From positions 16,492,001 through 16,556,000 of the forward strand of contig CP075493.1 in assembly GCA_021613535.1 (NCBI GenBank): DNA of 64,000 nucleotides, in the 5' to 3' direction. The DNA comes from Adineta vaga (Eukaryota; Animalia; Rotifera). Shown here piece after piece: positions 11,755 through 25,469 of this stretch. Made by a program: the position numbers and the translations under genes. The notes below the pieces were generated by a model, which saw only the letters and a program-made list of their open reading frames with translations, ran no database searches and was not told where the DNA came from. Numbering within the stretch: the first letter of the stretch is position 1; each line of letters begins with the position of its first letter.

Positions 11755-14529
11755 CCCTCGGTTGATGTTCTGGGGTCCACGCGGACCCATTGCACAGTTT
11801 TTCTCATAATGGTCGCGTAAACGATTATGTTTCTAGTTGATTCTTACATCTAATCTCTAGTCTTTTGTTGGTGGACCCTACCCATATTAAAAATTATAGA
11901 TAGCTAGAACAGACGAAAAATTCGAACATGGGTCCTAATGGACCCCATAACAACTACGGTGTTATAATCATATTTTTTACAGTAGTACTGCTGCCATCTA
12001 CTCGCTTAAAGTGTTTTGTGTTTCTTTTGCGATCTGTTTCGATTGGTTTCCATCTTTTCTACTTATCATAATGACTAATATTCAGTAAAAAGAATGTGAA
12101 ACATATTAAATCATTTCGACGATCAAGATCGCATCTGATTGATTGCTATTGAAATATCTGATTTTTTGTGAAGATTTATTTGAATTTCTGAATGTAAGAC
12201 GATAAAATAAAATTCCTTTTTATATATTTGTGCTTGAATAGCATGAATCCAATTTTAAAAACAAATTTGAAACAAATTGGAGAAATTTTATTGAATAATA
12301 ATAATAATGGAATTGGTGATTCTATAAATGAAGATTTAGAATCTGATTCAGATGATGATGATTATAAACCTTCTGTTTCAGATTCAGCCGACACATCTGC
12401 TGATGAACATATATCAAATCAATATGATTCATCAGATTCTGATGTTAATCAAGATAGTTCTCTAGAATTTCAACCATCAGAAATAGAAAAGAATGGAATT
12501 GTATGGTCTAATGATCCAAGTCCGGTACCTGGTCGAATATGTGCTGCTAATATAATGAAAAAGAGAGCAGGATGTATTACTAAGGTTCATTCTATTCTTG
12601 ATTGTTTCAAACTGTTTATTACCAATGAAATTCTTGATAAAATTGTTTTACATACAAATCGATATGCTGAACGATATTTTGATCAAATCAAAAGTACATC
12701 TAACGATTCTATGGTAGCAAAATACATAAAAATCGTGAATGGAAATCAATTGATCGAATTGAATTAGAATCTTTCCTAGCATTATTGATACAAAGTGGTC
12801 TGAATCATAGCAATCATGATTTATTACAAGAGTTATGGGACATCAGTCAAAGCCGTCCAATATATAGAGCAACTATGTCGGTTCAAAGATTTAAATATCT
12901 ACTTCAATTTATTAGATTTGATGATCGTCTTACTCGAGATACATCTGATCGTCTGTCACCTGTAAAAGATATATTCGAAACTTTTGTCACACAACTTACT
13001 AAACACTTTATACCAGGAGAGTATTTGACTGTGGATGAGCAGTTGGTGCCCTTTCGTGGTCATTGCCGATTTGTGCAGTACATGCCAAGGAAGCCAGCGA
13101 AATACGGGCTAAAGTTTTGGGCTTTGTGTGATGCAGAGAGTCGATATGTATTGTCGATTGATCTGTATACTGGAAAAAAAGATAAGATGATTCAGAAGAA
13201 TCTTTGTATGAAGGTTGTTCTTGAGTTGATAGATCACTTGCCCGATAGTATCAAACAAGGTCGTTGTGTTACATTTGATCGGTATTTTACCGATATGAAA
13301 TTATGTGAAGCTTTATTAGATAGGAAAATGACATCAATTGGAGTTGTTGAACAGAGAAGATCCTTTGTACCAAATGAAATAAAGATTTGTCGTAAAAAAC
13401 TTCATTCATCATGGTTTTATTTTGCAAATTCATCTATGCTATTGTCTTATCAAGCAAAAGAAAAGAAGAAGCCAATTATTATCTTATCGTCATTACATAA
13501 ATGTCCTGAAACATTTGATGATGAGAAATCATTACCATGTGCTATTCATGACTATAATCAAACAAAATGCGGAGTGGATGTTATTGACCAGTGTATCAAT
13601 CATTATACGGTACGTAGAATCACTCGTCGATGGCCACTGATCGTATTTTATAATCTCATTGATATTGCAACAACAAATGCAATCGCAATTTGGTTATGTC
13701 AAAACCCGGAATGGAATTTGAGACGAGATAATACTCGTCGTTTATTTCTCACACAGTTAGTTCAACAACTTTCACGCCAGCAAAATCAACGTCGTAGTCA
13801 AGAAGCTCGTCTGAAACCCAAAGTAAAACTAGCTCTATCATCACTTGGTTATAGTATTAGCTCACAAGGCTTGGATAATCTTAGTGCTAATATTCCTTTA
13901 CATCCAACAAAAAAGAGGTGTTATTTATATCCTTCAAATCCTGGAAGAAAAGTTCGACAAACATGTAACAAATGTGGCCACAATGTTTGCATTTCACATT
14001 CAAAGACTATTACGACCGTCACTTGTCAAACTTGTTCAGAAAAAGAGTGAAACTATTTTTGTATTTTTACAAAGAGCACACTATAAAGATCATATGATTA
14101 TGATCTGAATGTTTAGTTTTCTCTTATTGGTTTTAAACATGAGAAGAAGATGAATAAACTTTGTTCATTAGAAAATTTGATATTCCTATATATATATATA
14201 TATATAATTGGTTTTGCATGTACTAACATATGCACATAAATATATTATCCGATGAACAATGGTTCAGTCTACAACATCTCCGGTTTTTCTCAATATCGTT
14301 TTAAAAGTATATACTCAATTTTTATTTAAATTATGGAACCCTCTTACAGTGCAAAACCAGAAATGTGCTGATATCCTTATAAAAATCAAACCATCTATAT
14401 CTTTCTGATAACCGAATGAAAAGTATTAGTAACGTTAAAATGTTGTTTTTTTTTATAAAATTTCATAGACGGGTCCAGATGGGCCCGTAGACATCAACGA
14501 AGTTAAAAAATGAGAACATCCACGGAGGG
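11755..14529 (+). mobile_element. Full-length piggyBac DNA transposon (2775 bp)
   Basis: TTAA TSDs at 11751-11754 and 14530-14533. TIRs CCCTCGGTTGATGTTCT / AGAACATCCACGGAGGG. Internal GGGTCC..GGACCC palindromes near both ends. Confidence 0.95.
12243..14050 (+). pseudogene. piggyBac transposase, frameshifted near 12700-12730
   Basis: Acidic N-terminus; TVDEQL..YMPRKPAKYGLK, FDRYFT and YNQTKCGVDVID (DDD triad intact); C-terminal cysteine-rich domain with one apparent C>Y change. Split over ORFs 12228-12767 and 12785-14050 in different frames. Confidence 0.88.
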
Positions 14530-14878
14530 TTAACTTAGAGCATAACAGGCATTTATATACCAGAGAACCACATATCATAAAAGGGAAGAAAAGCGAGAGA
14601 ACGAACATGTATGGAAAATACCGTTATAACTATTCTATCTTATAACATATCTTATCAATGTGTTATAACACTTTTTGTATAAAATTCGATTGATAGTGAT
14701 ATTTAGATTGATTTTCGTATCTTCTTTCGATATTTTATTCATCAATTAATAAGTTATTTTTTATTTCTTATGTAAACAATAATAGAACAAGAATATTATA
14801 TAGACAAGATTTCGCATTTGATTCTCTACTATGAAATGTTCTTTATTATGATTAGAAAATTCATTTTCTATTCCATAG

Positions 14879-15499
14879 ATTTTTATGCAGCTCCTCATCC
14901 ACCACTTTACGTGCATGGAATAATCGTCGTGTGTCTATTCGCACTATTTCAATCTCCACTTTCATAGGCAGTCTATGTTACATACATATCCGCTTGGTCT
15001 ATGCTTTACAATACAAGGTGTCTATCAAACATTTGCAAGCATCTGGCTTTTCATTATATACAGTATAGGTCCATCAATTGCAATGTTTCTCTTTGGTATG
15101 TTAACTATTAGAAATATTCGTAAATCAATGAGAAGAATTGGAGTTACTGACACTCAAACTCAACCTAAAAGAAATAGAAAAACGACAGATCGACAGTTGA
15201 CTCAGATGATGTTTGGTCAATGTATAATGTATCTCGTCACAACATTGCCTTATTCAATTATTAATATTTATCTCACATTTGATTCAAGTATGAAATCAAA
15301 TGCACTTCAAACAGCAAAATTTAATATGTTATTGAGCATATCTGGTTTTATAAGTCTGTTCGTTCCATGTGCAAGTTTCTATATGTTTATATTATCAAGT
15401 AAAGGATTTCGAAATGAACTATTTCAGTTATACAAAAATCGTTTTCGAGTGCAACAAGGATCTGTCAATAATAGAATGGAAATGTTGCAAAGACACTAA
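14879..15499 (+). pseudogene. Partial 7TM GPCR (rotifer-expanded class A-like), C-terminal portion
   Basis: FGMLTIRNIR..DRQLTQM..SFYMFILSSKGFRNEL resembles the intact GPCR at 43533. Starts at a splice acceptor, has an apparent internal frameshift/deletion, and no upstream exon was recognised. Confidence 0.65.
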
Positions 15500-16142
15500 A
15501 TGTATGTAGATGTCGATGTTAATGTGTAAATCAAAATAGAAGATTTTCTTTTGATCCTTCCAGTTTTTTCTGCTCCAATCAGTAAAATATTTATGCTTTT
15601 TCTTTACTTTTCTTAGAAATACAAAAATTTGTCGTTACTTATGATTAAAATTCTAATAGAAATAAGAAATAAATTGGATTTACATGAAAAAGAAACTTCA
15701 ATACAAAATCGGATTTGTTTCTTGTAATCAATTGATAGAAACATTCGAATTATAGAATCCTCGGCGAATGTTTATTCATTGTATCAGTCCATTAATTTCG
15801 TAATCAATTAAAAGACTTTTCTTATATAGATAATGAGAGAAGATGATGATATCGTTCACCATTCTCTGCTCAGAAAGTTTTCTGCATCATTCTATTGCTC
15901 ATGTAAAAAATTATTACGTTGCACTGTTTTTTTTCTCATTTATATGATTCATATTCTTTCTCATCGATCGTATCGAAGGTAATAATATGAGAGAGAAATG
16001 TAAGTATGGTGCAGATCGATTTTGTTCATTCATGCATCAGTTGTCAATGACAAATGAATAAATGAGCGTATAAAATCACTACTATTTCTTTCATCAATAT
16101 TATCACTTTTTTTCAACCTTCATTTTTATATTATACTCTATC

Positions 16143-17281
16143 ATGCGTCAAGTTTCAATACTATCAAGTTTAATTTTACTTTTAGTTGTTAATCCTCTTA
16201 TGTAAATATAAATCTTTTGAATAATAATGAAACTTAACTATTTTTTATTAGTTTAATTCAATCACAATCATGTAAAACAAATGTAAAAGAAAATCAAGAA
16301 GGAATATCTATAATAAATGATAATAAACTTAATACAGCGATAAAATCATTTGAACCAACGCTTCTTGCGTTTGATAGTCAATGGAATTTATATTTTGTTG
16401 ATTCTGGTCATCAATGTATTTTTATGTATCCAACTAATAAGACAACTAATCAAAATCCTACTCAAATTGTATCCAATGTATCACCAACAAGTTTGTTTAT
16501 TGATAAATATGATAATCTTTATTATAATGATCGAAATATAATAAAAATATTCAATATTATCAACAGAAATATTACAAGTTTAAATATTTCTTACTATGAT
16601 TCATATTATAAATTGAATCGATCATTATCACAATATTTTTATCTCTACGTCGATAGAAACTTAACACTATACGTATTAGATCGTAATGCAGGACGACTAC
16701 TACGATTTTCACCTGAAAATCCAAATAATGTTACCGTGATTGCTGGTCAGAATAATGAATTACAAGTTCCAAGATGCATATATGTCGATGAAAATGATCG
16801 AAATACAATATACATTTGTGACTCAACTAATAGAATACTGAAATACTCAAATGATGGATTAAATATGAGCGTTGTAATGGATGGTCGATCTGCATATAAT
16901 AGTACTGTTTGGAATTCATTATTTTTGTCGCGTTCGATCAAAATTAATTCTGATAATCAGCAAATGTACGTCTCAGCTATTGTATATGATCGTCTTATAC
17001 GATTGAATTTCAATAATAATACAAACCAAGGTGAAATTGTTAGTAAATTTCGAAAACTGAGTGGTGTTCAAGACTTCATATTTGATAGTAATAAAAATTT
17101 GTATGTGACAGACGATCTTTTTGGTACTGGTGAAATATTGAAATATTTAAATTGTTGTGAAAATAAAACATTCTGTCAATATGTATACTCGAATGCCAAT
17201 AGAATTCGTAAACTTGCAACATCACTACAAATTCTACAATGGTCGATTTTTATATTCTCTATTTTCTGTTGGAATCATTAA
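16143..17281 (+). CDS. Secreted or membrane-anchored NHL-repeat beta-propeller protein (exons 16143-16201, 16251-17281)
   Basis: Signal-peptide exon; repeats PTSLFIDKYDNLY, LYVLDRNAGRLLRF, PRCIYVD..IYICDSTNRILKY, FIFDSNKNLYVTD; hydrophobic C-terminus. Confidence 0.8.
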
Positions 17282-18610
17282 CGACTATCTACATACAAGT
17301 AACACTCGTCGTGCCGACTCACTTAACCCTTGACTGTGGAGGACGGGTATTTTCAGCTTGACTCAATAGTGAGATGAATTGATCTGAAAACTTAAGATAC
17401 GCGAAAACGGCTTTCATGTTATTGTTAAAATATGTATCCACCTTCGAAAACAGAATGTTAACTTTTTTTTCGTGAAATAAAATTCATCCAACACCCATCT
17501 CTATACCCCCACCCATGGTTTCACCCATCACCCAAGTCAACACCCACACCCTCACACCCTCAAAATGTCAACTACAAAGAAAAAAACGCTATCATTTGTT
17601 CTCATTCAACATGATCGTAAGTCAATCTGTTATCATTGATATAACTTCTCTTTAATTCTATTAAACTGTATATATCCTTCGGTATGTTATCAAAAGAAAG
17701 TGATGATTTGAATAGTAGATCATTCATCGACGTGATCATATTAGTCTGAAGTATCTGCAATAAATACAAATTTCGAATTAGATAAAAATAATGCACTTCC
17801 TTTTTTTTTTAACAATCTCGTTTAAAACACAATTAATAACAGATGTAAGTTATTATATTTATGTTAAATACAAAAATCATGATTTAAATGCTGAAATGTT
17901 TGAAGTTGGATACAGATGCAAATTGCTGTAGCAGTTCCAATTGAACGTGATTATAATGATTAAATCTATTAAAAGATTAACTTTGGTAAAAAGAAAGTAA
18001 AATAATACTTTAATATTTGTAAAAAGTATATTGCAATTCCATGATAAGTTTTAGTAACAACTTGTGTTTGAATTTTCTTAGAAGTATTTTTTAAAAGTTC
18101 TTCACTCGTGTGCCTACAGATTTTAGTTAGAGAATAAGATATGATCTCATAACAATTCATTTCATTTTTCTTCATAAAGAGACTCTAACAAAATATTTTT
18201 ATCTACATATTTTATTTTCTTTATTTTATGAATATTCAATGATGATTCAAACACTGTGCTTCTATACCTTCTAGTCGTAGAATTTTTTAATTTTTCTCGA
18301 ATGTTCTCTATTGACAGTAGATAATAACTCACATCTGTCATGATTTCGTTCTAAACAGTAATATTGAAAAGGAAATCAACTATTGATGTTGTTTTAGTTA
18401 CATATGTTGCAACATAGAAACGATCATTTAATAAGAAATTGAAAGAGATATGTTTTAGGACTTGTCCAATTTATTTCGATTAGATATACAATGTGATGGT
18501 GTTAAATAAGAACATAGCATCAAAAATTAATAATGACGTAAAATTTATTAAATGAAGGATATGAAATAGTTTTTGTTTTTATTTTATTTTATTATTTTAC
18601 TTTCATTCAA

Positions 18611-20071
18611 CTGACAATAATAAACGCCCAATAGAAATTTCTCCATCAGAAACAATAGCGTATGCGTATTTAAAACAGTTGATAAAGTTCTAAATAATAA
18701 TTTATGATAGATATGTAGAGGTACAAACGTCAAAACGCAAATGGTCCAAGTTTTCCATGATTATAGTTATTTCGGTCATAGCACTCGTTGCTTTAATTCC
18801 AGCAATCATCGTAAGAAAAAACAAGGCAAATGTGACAAAAATGTCAACAGCAGAAGCATCGTCAATAACTACAACATCAACAGTAACAATACCGACAACC
18901 ACACCAACATCAACATCTAAACTAACAACAACAGCCGAAACAAGTTAGAAATAATTCTAAAACCTCATGTATTAAATACTTTGTTAGTCACTCACAAAAT
19001 AGTTATTTCTATTGAATATTTATATATAATTTTAAAATCTTCGAATCATCTATGAAAATATTTTTGTTTTCTTTTTTCTATTTAGTATGGATAACTACAG
19101 AAAACATGAATGATGCACAAATAGGTCATACAGCATCTATATTGTCAAATGGATTAGTATTAGTTACCGGTGGATCTGGTAATGTTCGTTATCTAAGTAC
19201 AGCTGAATTATATGATCCATTAAAAAATACTTGGAGCAATACAGGACAACTGATAGTCGGACGGGAAGATCATACAGCATCGATATTAAATGATGGAAAA
19301 ATATTAGTCGCTGGTGGATATAGTAATGGTCTTGCTATGAAATATGTTAATTTATATGATCCATCAACACGTATTTGGACCAGTATTAAAAAAATGAATG
19401 TTGCACGACAAGATCATCGAGCAGTAACAATATTAAATGGTAGTGTTTTAGTTATTGGTGGATATGGTACTAATATTCTTGATAGTGTTGAATTATATGA
19501 TGTTTCAACAAATGATTGGATATCTAAAGCTAATTTGATATATGCTCGAGAAGATCTTTCAGCATCAGTATTAACAAATGAAAAAGTTTTAGTTGTTGGT
19601 GGGATGAATAAACATCGTCTTAATACTGGTGAATTGTATGATCCATTAACAAATATATGGACATTAACAAAAAATTTAAATATGGCACGTAGTCATCATA
19701 CATCATCTGTCTTATCTAATGGAAAAGTCTTAGTTGTTGGTGGAGTGAATGATACTCATTCATTGAATAGTGTTGAATTATATGATCCATCAACAGGTAA
19801 TTGGACATTAACAGGATATATGAATAGCGTACGGTATGGTCATACAGCATCAGTTTTACCAAACGGAAAAGTTTTAGTTACTGGAGGATATGGTGATACA
19901 AATTATTTAGCTACTACAGAATCATATGATCCATTAACAGGTATTTGGATATGCGAAAAAAATATGATCTTTCCTCGACGATATCATACAGCATCTATTT
20001 TACCTAATGGAAAAATATTTGTTACTGGTGGACAAAGTTCATCTATTTTGAAAAGTACAGAATTATATTAA
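18611..20071 (+). CDS. Type II membrane Kelch-repeat protein (TM helix, Thr-rich stalk, ~7 Kelch repeats); 5' end unresolved
   Basis: Exon ~18710-18943 encodes TM helix plus T-rich stalk; intron to 19085; then repeats of R.GHTAS.L.NGKVLV.GG..S.ELYDP.T..W. Confidence 0.85.
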
Positions 20072-20677
20072 TCATTATTAACAGATTAAAAATTTTTCAT
20101 TCAATGAATCACGCTCTTAGTATTTTTCATGTAACTCATTCATCTTTCAATGTTTAAGAAAAAAAATATTTTACCAAAAGGTTCCTTGTCAAATTCTCTA
20201 TAAAACGGTGATAAAACAAATTTTATTAGCAAGGGAAGAAAGGAAACTAGAGGAAGATTATTTTACACATATAAAATACTTAACTTTCAAAGCTAACAAT
20301 TGTTTTTTCCATAAAATGCTTAGAATTTGCATCGTTTATTCTTAAGTCAAGATATACTAAAAGATGCAGCGTGACATGAGGGTTTGGGTGTGGGTGGGGT
20401 TGAATAGAATATATACCATACACAAGTTTCACATCTTATATTATTGTGATCTTACAAACAAAATTATTAAAATTATCCCGCTTTCAAGTTCAATTAATGA
20501 GAAGAAATCAACCAAACAAGTAAAATTAATATCGACGCGTCAGAATATCACTTAATCTAAAGAGAGTTTGGAAAGTATAAGAGACTTATTTTTTTCATAG
20601 TGAAGAGAATAAATAATTATTTATTAAATATCAAATAAAGTGTCAACTGTTCCTACGACAAATGGCTTTATAAAAGA

Positions 20678-22551
20678 TTAAAGCTGTAGTTCTAACTTTG
20701 TATTATTTTCTAATGTTTTCTTCATGTGTCGCTTTGCAGTAGCATTGAGTCTATTCAAAACTAGGTTTAGCATAAGGAGTGTCTGTTAAGAATATTGAAA
20801 AAAATGAGTGAACGATAAGATCTGAAGACGAGAGTTAAATCTTACTTTATTTTGTTGTAGAGCAGTGGCAAGGTGTTGCGCTCCTTCGTCACCGATTTGA
20901 TTCATTCCGAGGCTTAGTTTAGTGAGTGTCTATCAAAAAGAGTGAGTGAATGATAATATGGAAAGATGGAGATGTTACATCGTTTTGTTGTAAAGCATCA
21001 GCAAGATATTTCGCTCGATGATCATCGATCTGATTACTATCAAGATAAAGTGCAGTGAGTGTCTATATGAAATAAGGAATGAATATTATCATGAGAACTT
21101 GTCGATGTTACTTTGCTCTGCTGTAAATACTTCGTAAGATGTTGTATTCCTTCATCAGTCACATTATTTGCATGAAGACCAATTTCCGTGAGTGTCTGTA
21201 TGGAATAGAAACGACTGATAAAATGAAAAGATGAAGATATTACTTTGTTTTTCTTGAGACCGTCGGCAAGATATTGTACTGCTACATCACCAATATGATT
21301 GTAGGACAGAAAAAGTGTAGTGAGTGTCTATGACAATTAATAAGTGACTGATAGGATGAGAAAGTCAGAGAGTCACTTCATTTTGTTGAAGAGTATTGGT
21401 AAGATATTGTACTCCTTGCAGACCAATGTGATTACTAGAGAGAAGAAGTACGGTGAGTGTCTAAGTGAAATGATTAGCGGGTAATACAATAATAGAATTA
21501 GAAAATATTACTCGATTTTGTTGTAGAACTTTGGCAAGATGTTTAGCTGCTTCAATACCGATGTTATTTTTACTTAGATCAAGTGTAGTGAGTGTCTTAA
21601 AAAAATAGATGAAAAATGTTAGAATGAAAAGATGGACTATTCCTTTGTTTTGGTAGAGCGCATTTGCAAGATGTTGTACTCCTTTGTTGCCAATGTCATT
21701 GATGTAAAGAGAAAGTTTGGTGAGCGTCTATCAAAAAACAGTTAGTATAAGTGATAACATGTGAAGATGAAGATATTACTTGATTTTCTTGTAGAGCATT
21801 AGCGAGATATTGAGCACCTTCGTCACCGATCTCATTGTAAACGAGATCTAGTGTAATGAGTGTCTGTAAAAACAGATAATAAATGAGAGAATGAGAAGAT
21901 GTAAATGTGACTTTATTTTGTTTCAAAGCACTGCTAAGATATCGTACTCCTTCGTCACTAATACCATTGCCGCGCAGATGAAGTGTGGTGATTGTCTAGA
22001 TTAAATAGCGAATGAATGAGAAGATAATAAGATAAAGACATCACTTTGTTTTGCTGGAGATAATTGGCAAGATGTTGAGCTCCTTGAGCACCGATATATT
22101 GTGTTTGAACGTAAAGAGAGGACAACATCTATATGCATGAAGAATTTGTGAATAATATCATACTTAAATATTTACATCATAGAAATTTGATTACTCATTT
22201 AAGTGAAATTCAATTGATTAGTACTAGATAACACTATTAGGATTCAAATTTTATCCGATTATTCAATTTGAACATACAGTAATTATTATTGGAGGTTCAT
22301 GCGGATATCTCGATCCAGACTCGCAATAGACACGTTAGTTTCTCGGTCACAGTAATATCATAGATTTCTATGAATAAATGATATATTAAAAAATTTACCT
22401 GATATGGATAATAACTGTCAATAATTATATTTATTCGTGTACAAACATTTCGTATAGAACATAGAAGATTATATTTGTCAAGATGATCAAGAATTCGATA
22501 AATAATTTCGACTGGTAATGTAATAAGTGATGAAAAAGTTTTATTCGACAT
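20678..22551 (-). CDS. F-box + RNI-like/NLRC3-type LRR protein; F-box exon plus ~11 LRR exons of ~84 nt
   Basis: F-box LITLPVEIIYRILDHL. Repeated phase-0 exons such as TLTKLSLYINDIGNKGVQHLANALYQNK at ~133-bp period. One donor (~21642) reads GG rather than GT. Confidence 0.85.
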
Positions 22552-22896
22552 TGTTGAAAACTATTGTAATGTATCTTATTTCTTTTGATTGTGTAATTAT
22601 TTATTTAGAAAATAAAATGTAAACGAATAATATCAATTGACAGAATGCTATGTCACCTATACGATATTTTGTTTATGCGTCTTACCTCTAATAAGCATCA
22701 AATCAGATTGGATGAATAGATCGTCCTATAAGATACATTTATATATATTATTTCTTAATAATTAACACTTTTTTTTTCAAAAATTCAAAACAGAGAATAT
22801 AAAATTATTTATTTTTAAAATATCTTGATAAATGTGTCGCTAACGAATGATTAATACATAAAATATATTCAAACAAAAGTACGAAAAAAAGATGTA

Positions 22897-24657
22897 TTAA
22901 AATATTTTCTTATTGATATATTTATTATAAAAGTAAAGCAATGCTTTAAAATCATCTCCAGTTTTCAATGTTTCCCATGCTTTGTCAAACTCTCCGATAA
23001 ATTTCGGTTCATCTAAACTCATAGGTTCAATTATTTTATAGTTGAATTTCATACGTCTGATATTATTGAATTTTGCTAAATTATTCATAACTGTTTCAGT
23101 TAAACTACGTGTAGCATCCATTAGTATATTAACTAATAATCCATCAGAACGTATCCATCCTGGATAGCCGCCCCAAGTTGATGATGATAGTTTTGCATTA
23201 TAACATCCTGTTCCAATACAAAGAAGATAATAATTGACCAATTTTTTCCATTGCATTCTAATCGCCCATAATGCTGCTAATTCTGGATCATTGGCAAAAA
23301 CACCACCGTCAATAAATATTTCATCTGATGTGCCATCAGATTTATTGTCTTTTACAAAATGTCCATCTTTGATTATTCGCTTAGATATCTTATAAGAAGG
23401 AAAATAAGTAGGAGCAGCCATTGTAGCCTTTAATACATCTGCTATACGATATGACCAATGTTTTGAATAACTTGTATTGAATACAGTCATCGTATCTGTT
23501 GTTGTATTATAAGCAGTTATAAGTAAGACTTTTTCACGGTTGACTTGACTACGTATTTGACTTTGATGAGTCGTATGTAAATCTTTTGTAGATGATTCAT
23601 CAGCAAATTCTAACCAATCAGCATGAGATAGAAGAGTCTCTGCTAACTTATCATCAGTTAACATATCTTCAGTAATCATAGCATGAGGATTTAACAAATT
23701 ATGTATATCAAGTAAAGTAGCATTTTCAGCTGTTAATCGTTTGCCGTTTAATTCAATTGTATTGATTATCTCATCAATTTTTGTATGAATATTAATAGGA
23801 TCATATTTATCCCATAAGTAAGGTCCAAAATAATTTCGTTTAAAAAAGTGAGAAGAATTTTCATATATGCTCTTTATTTCCAATATATCATAACCAATAG
23901 CCAAACAAAAAGCAATGAGTCCTCCTGTACTTGTACCAACAATGTAATCAAATGGTTCCATAAGATCTGATTGACCTTTTTGAAATCGTTGCCTGTGTTC
24001 TGAATTCGTAGAATCAAAATGATGAATATCGGCAAGATATTTTTCTATAATAAGTTGACAGAGAACTTTGATCGGCATGTAACCACGTATACCTAAAAAT
24101 AAAAAATAATTACACAAAAAAATCTTGTATGTCTTACCTCCACCATCCAAGCTCAATACGCGTATATCTCTCCGATATGCTTGTGTATGATATTTTGCAA
24201 TCATTGAATTTAAATTGGACGATTGTGTTTCTTCGTACACTGATGAGGATAATAATGTATTTTCTTTTTTGTTTACCATACCCATAACAATAGACATTTC
24301 ATAATCGCTTTGAATTTCTTTTTGATTAATTATACGATTAAATTCTTCTTCTGTTCTTTTGTCTAGATCTCTATCTGCAAATGTTTCGGCTTCTTCAATT
24401 GTTATTATCTTAATAGTTTCACTAGTTGGTTCATTAAGATCATGTTTTGTATGAAATTTTTTGTGATCCTCGAGAGTACTTGACAATAACTGATTATAAT
24501 CTAAATCTGCACACTGATTGCATAAATCGAACGAGTTGCATATATTACATTGTTTCCAACAAACTTGATCGATAGTAACATGACAATTGTTACATTGAAA
24601 ATTTGCGGAAATTTTACTGACCGACATTAGAAACTGTGATGACGTTGTAGAACCCAT
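22897..24657 (-). CDS. ZZ-type zinc finger + patatin-like phospholipase (45-nt intron 24093-24137)
   Basis: MGSTTS start (N-myristoylation-like); CNNC..CNIC..FDLCNQC..H; SLDGGG|IRG after splicing; GTSTG nucleophile; AAPTYFP; FIDGG. Confidence 0.88.
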   Translation of the reverse strand: MGSTTSSQFLMSVSKISANFQCNNCHVTIDQVCWKQCNICNSFDLCNQCADLDYNQLLSSTLEDHKKFHTKHDLNEPTSETIKIITIEEAETFADRDLDKRTEEEFNRIINQKEIQSDYEMSIVMGMVNKKENTLLSSSVYEETQSSNLNSMIAKYHTQAYRRDIRVLSLDGGGKTYKIFLCNYFLFLGIRGYMPIKVLCQLIIEKYLADIHHFDSTNSEHRQRFQKGQSDLMEPFDYIVGTSTGGLIAFCLAIGYDILEIKSIYENSSHFFKRNYFGPYLWDKYDPINIHTKIDEIINTIELNGKRLTAENATLLDIHNLLNPHAMITEDMLTDDKLAETLLSHADWLEFADESSTKDLHTTHQSQIRSQVNREKVLLITAYNTTTDTMTVFNTSYSKHWSYRIADVLKATMAAPTYFPSYKISKRIIKDGHFVKDNKSDGTSDEIFIDGGVFANDPELAALWAIRMQWKKLVNYYLLCIGTGCYNAKLSSSTWGGYPGWIRSDGLLVNILMDATRSLTETVMNNLAKFNNIRRMKFNYKIIEPMSLDEPKFIGEFDKAWETLKTGDDFKALLYFYNKYINKKIF

Positions 24658-25469
24658 AGTTATACACGAATTGTTGTTGATGCTATATGATGATAATTGG
24701 AATATATGCAATACACCTAAATCTAAGACAAAAAAGATTAACTCTTATTTTCTACGTCGTCTTCTTATCGAAAAAAGAAGAAGAATAGCGACGAAACTTT
24801 TTCACCGTTGATACACATTTCTGAAGAAATAAAGGCGGACACAGATATAAAAAGTTGGTATATAAAATAAAGCTGTAGAAAAATACGTTGCGTTTATTGT
24901 CGTGTTCTTTGCACTTTGTTCTTTTCTTGTGCCCTCGTTTCATTTGATATCAAATAGCTCGATCAAAACACTATATTTGGCTTTTTTTATCTTTTTATTA
25001 TTTTTTCGTTTCTTATTCTCTCTTGATATAAGTTGAGAGAAAAGAAAAACAAAGAATGCAACGGGCGGATGACATGTAGGAGTAGAAATAATAATGACTA
25101 TTTGAATAGTCGAAAGTATTTTTCTGATGAAATCGAGTTGGATTCTAGTCGGGTTAAAAAATTCGAAGCTTCTCCAGCAGTCTGTACTGCGGATGTGGGT
25201 GTGGGCGGGTGTGAAAGAAGAAGAGATACACACGCCCACACCCTCAGTTATCCTAAGAAGATGATCTTTTTAATTCTTAAACAAATCGGTATTCTCGTTC
25301 TATTTCTCTACTTTATTCGAAATAATTAATCAAATGAATATTGAATTTTTTTGTTAAATCATGTGTTTCTGTCGATATTTTTTGATAAGTATTGCTAATT
25401 GAAATGTATGAATAATTGCTAATATCTACAAAATCACAGTCGAATAATTAATCAAATGTTTATTTTTTG

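Noticed and set aside
12700-12790. Programmed frameshift or intron joining the piggyBac ORFs
   Set aside because: No convincing slippery site with downstream structure or suitable splice pair was seen; a simple indel is more likely.
20678-22131. ~133-bp periodic repeat as a satellite or CRISPR array
   Set aside because: Explained by LRR exons plus introns with splice sites.
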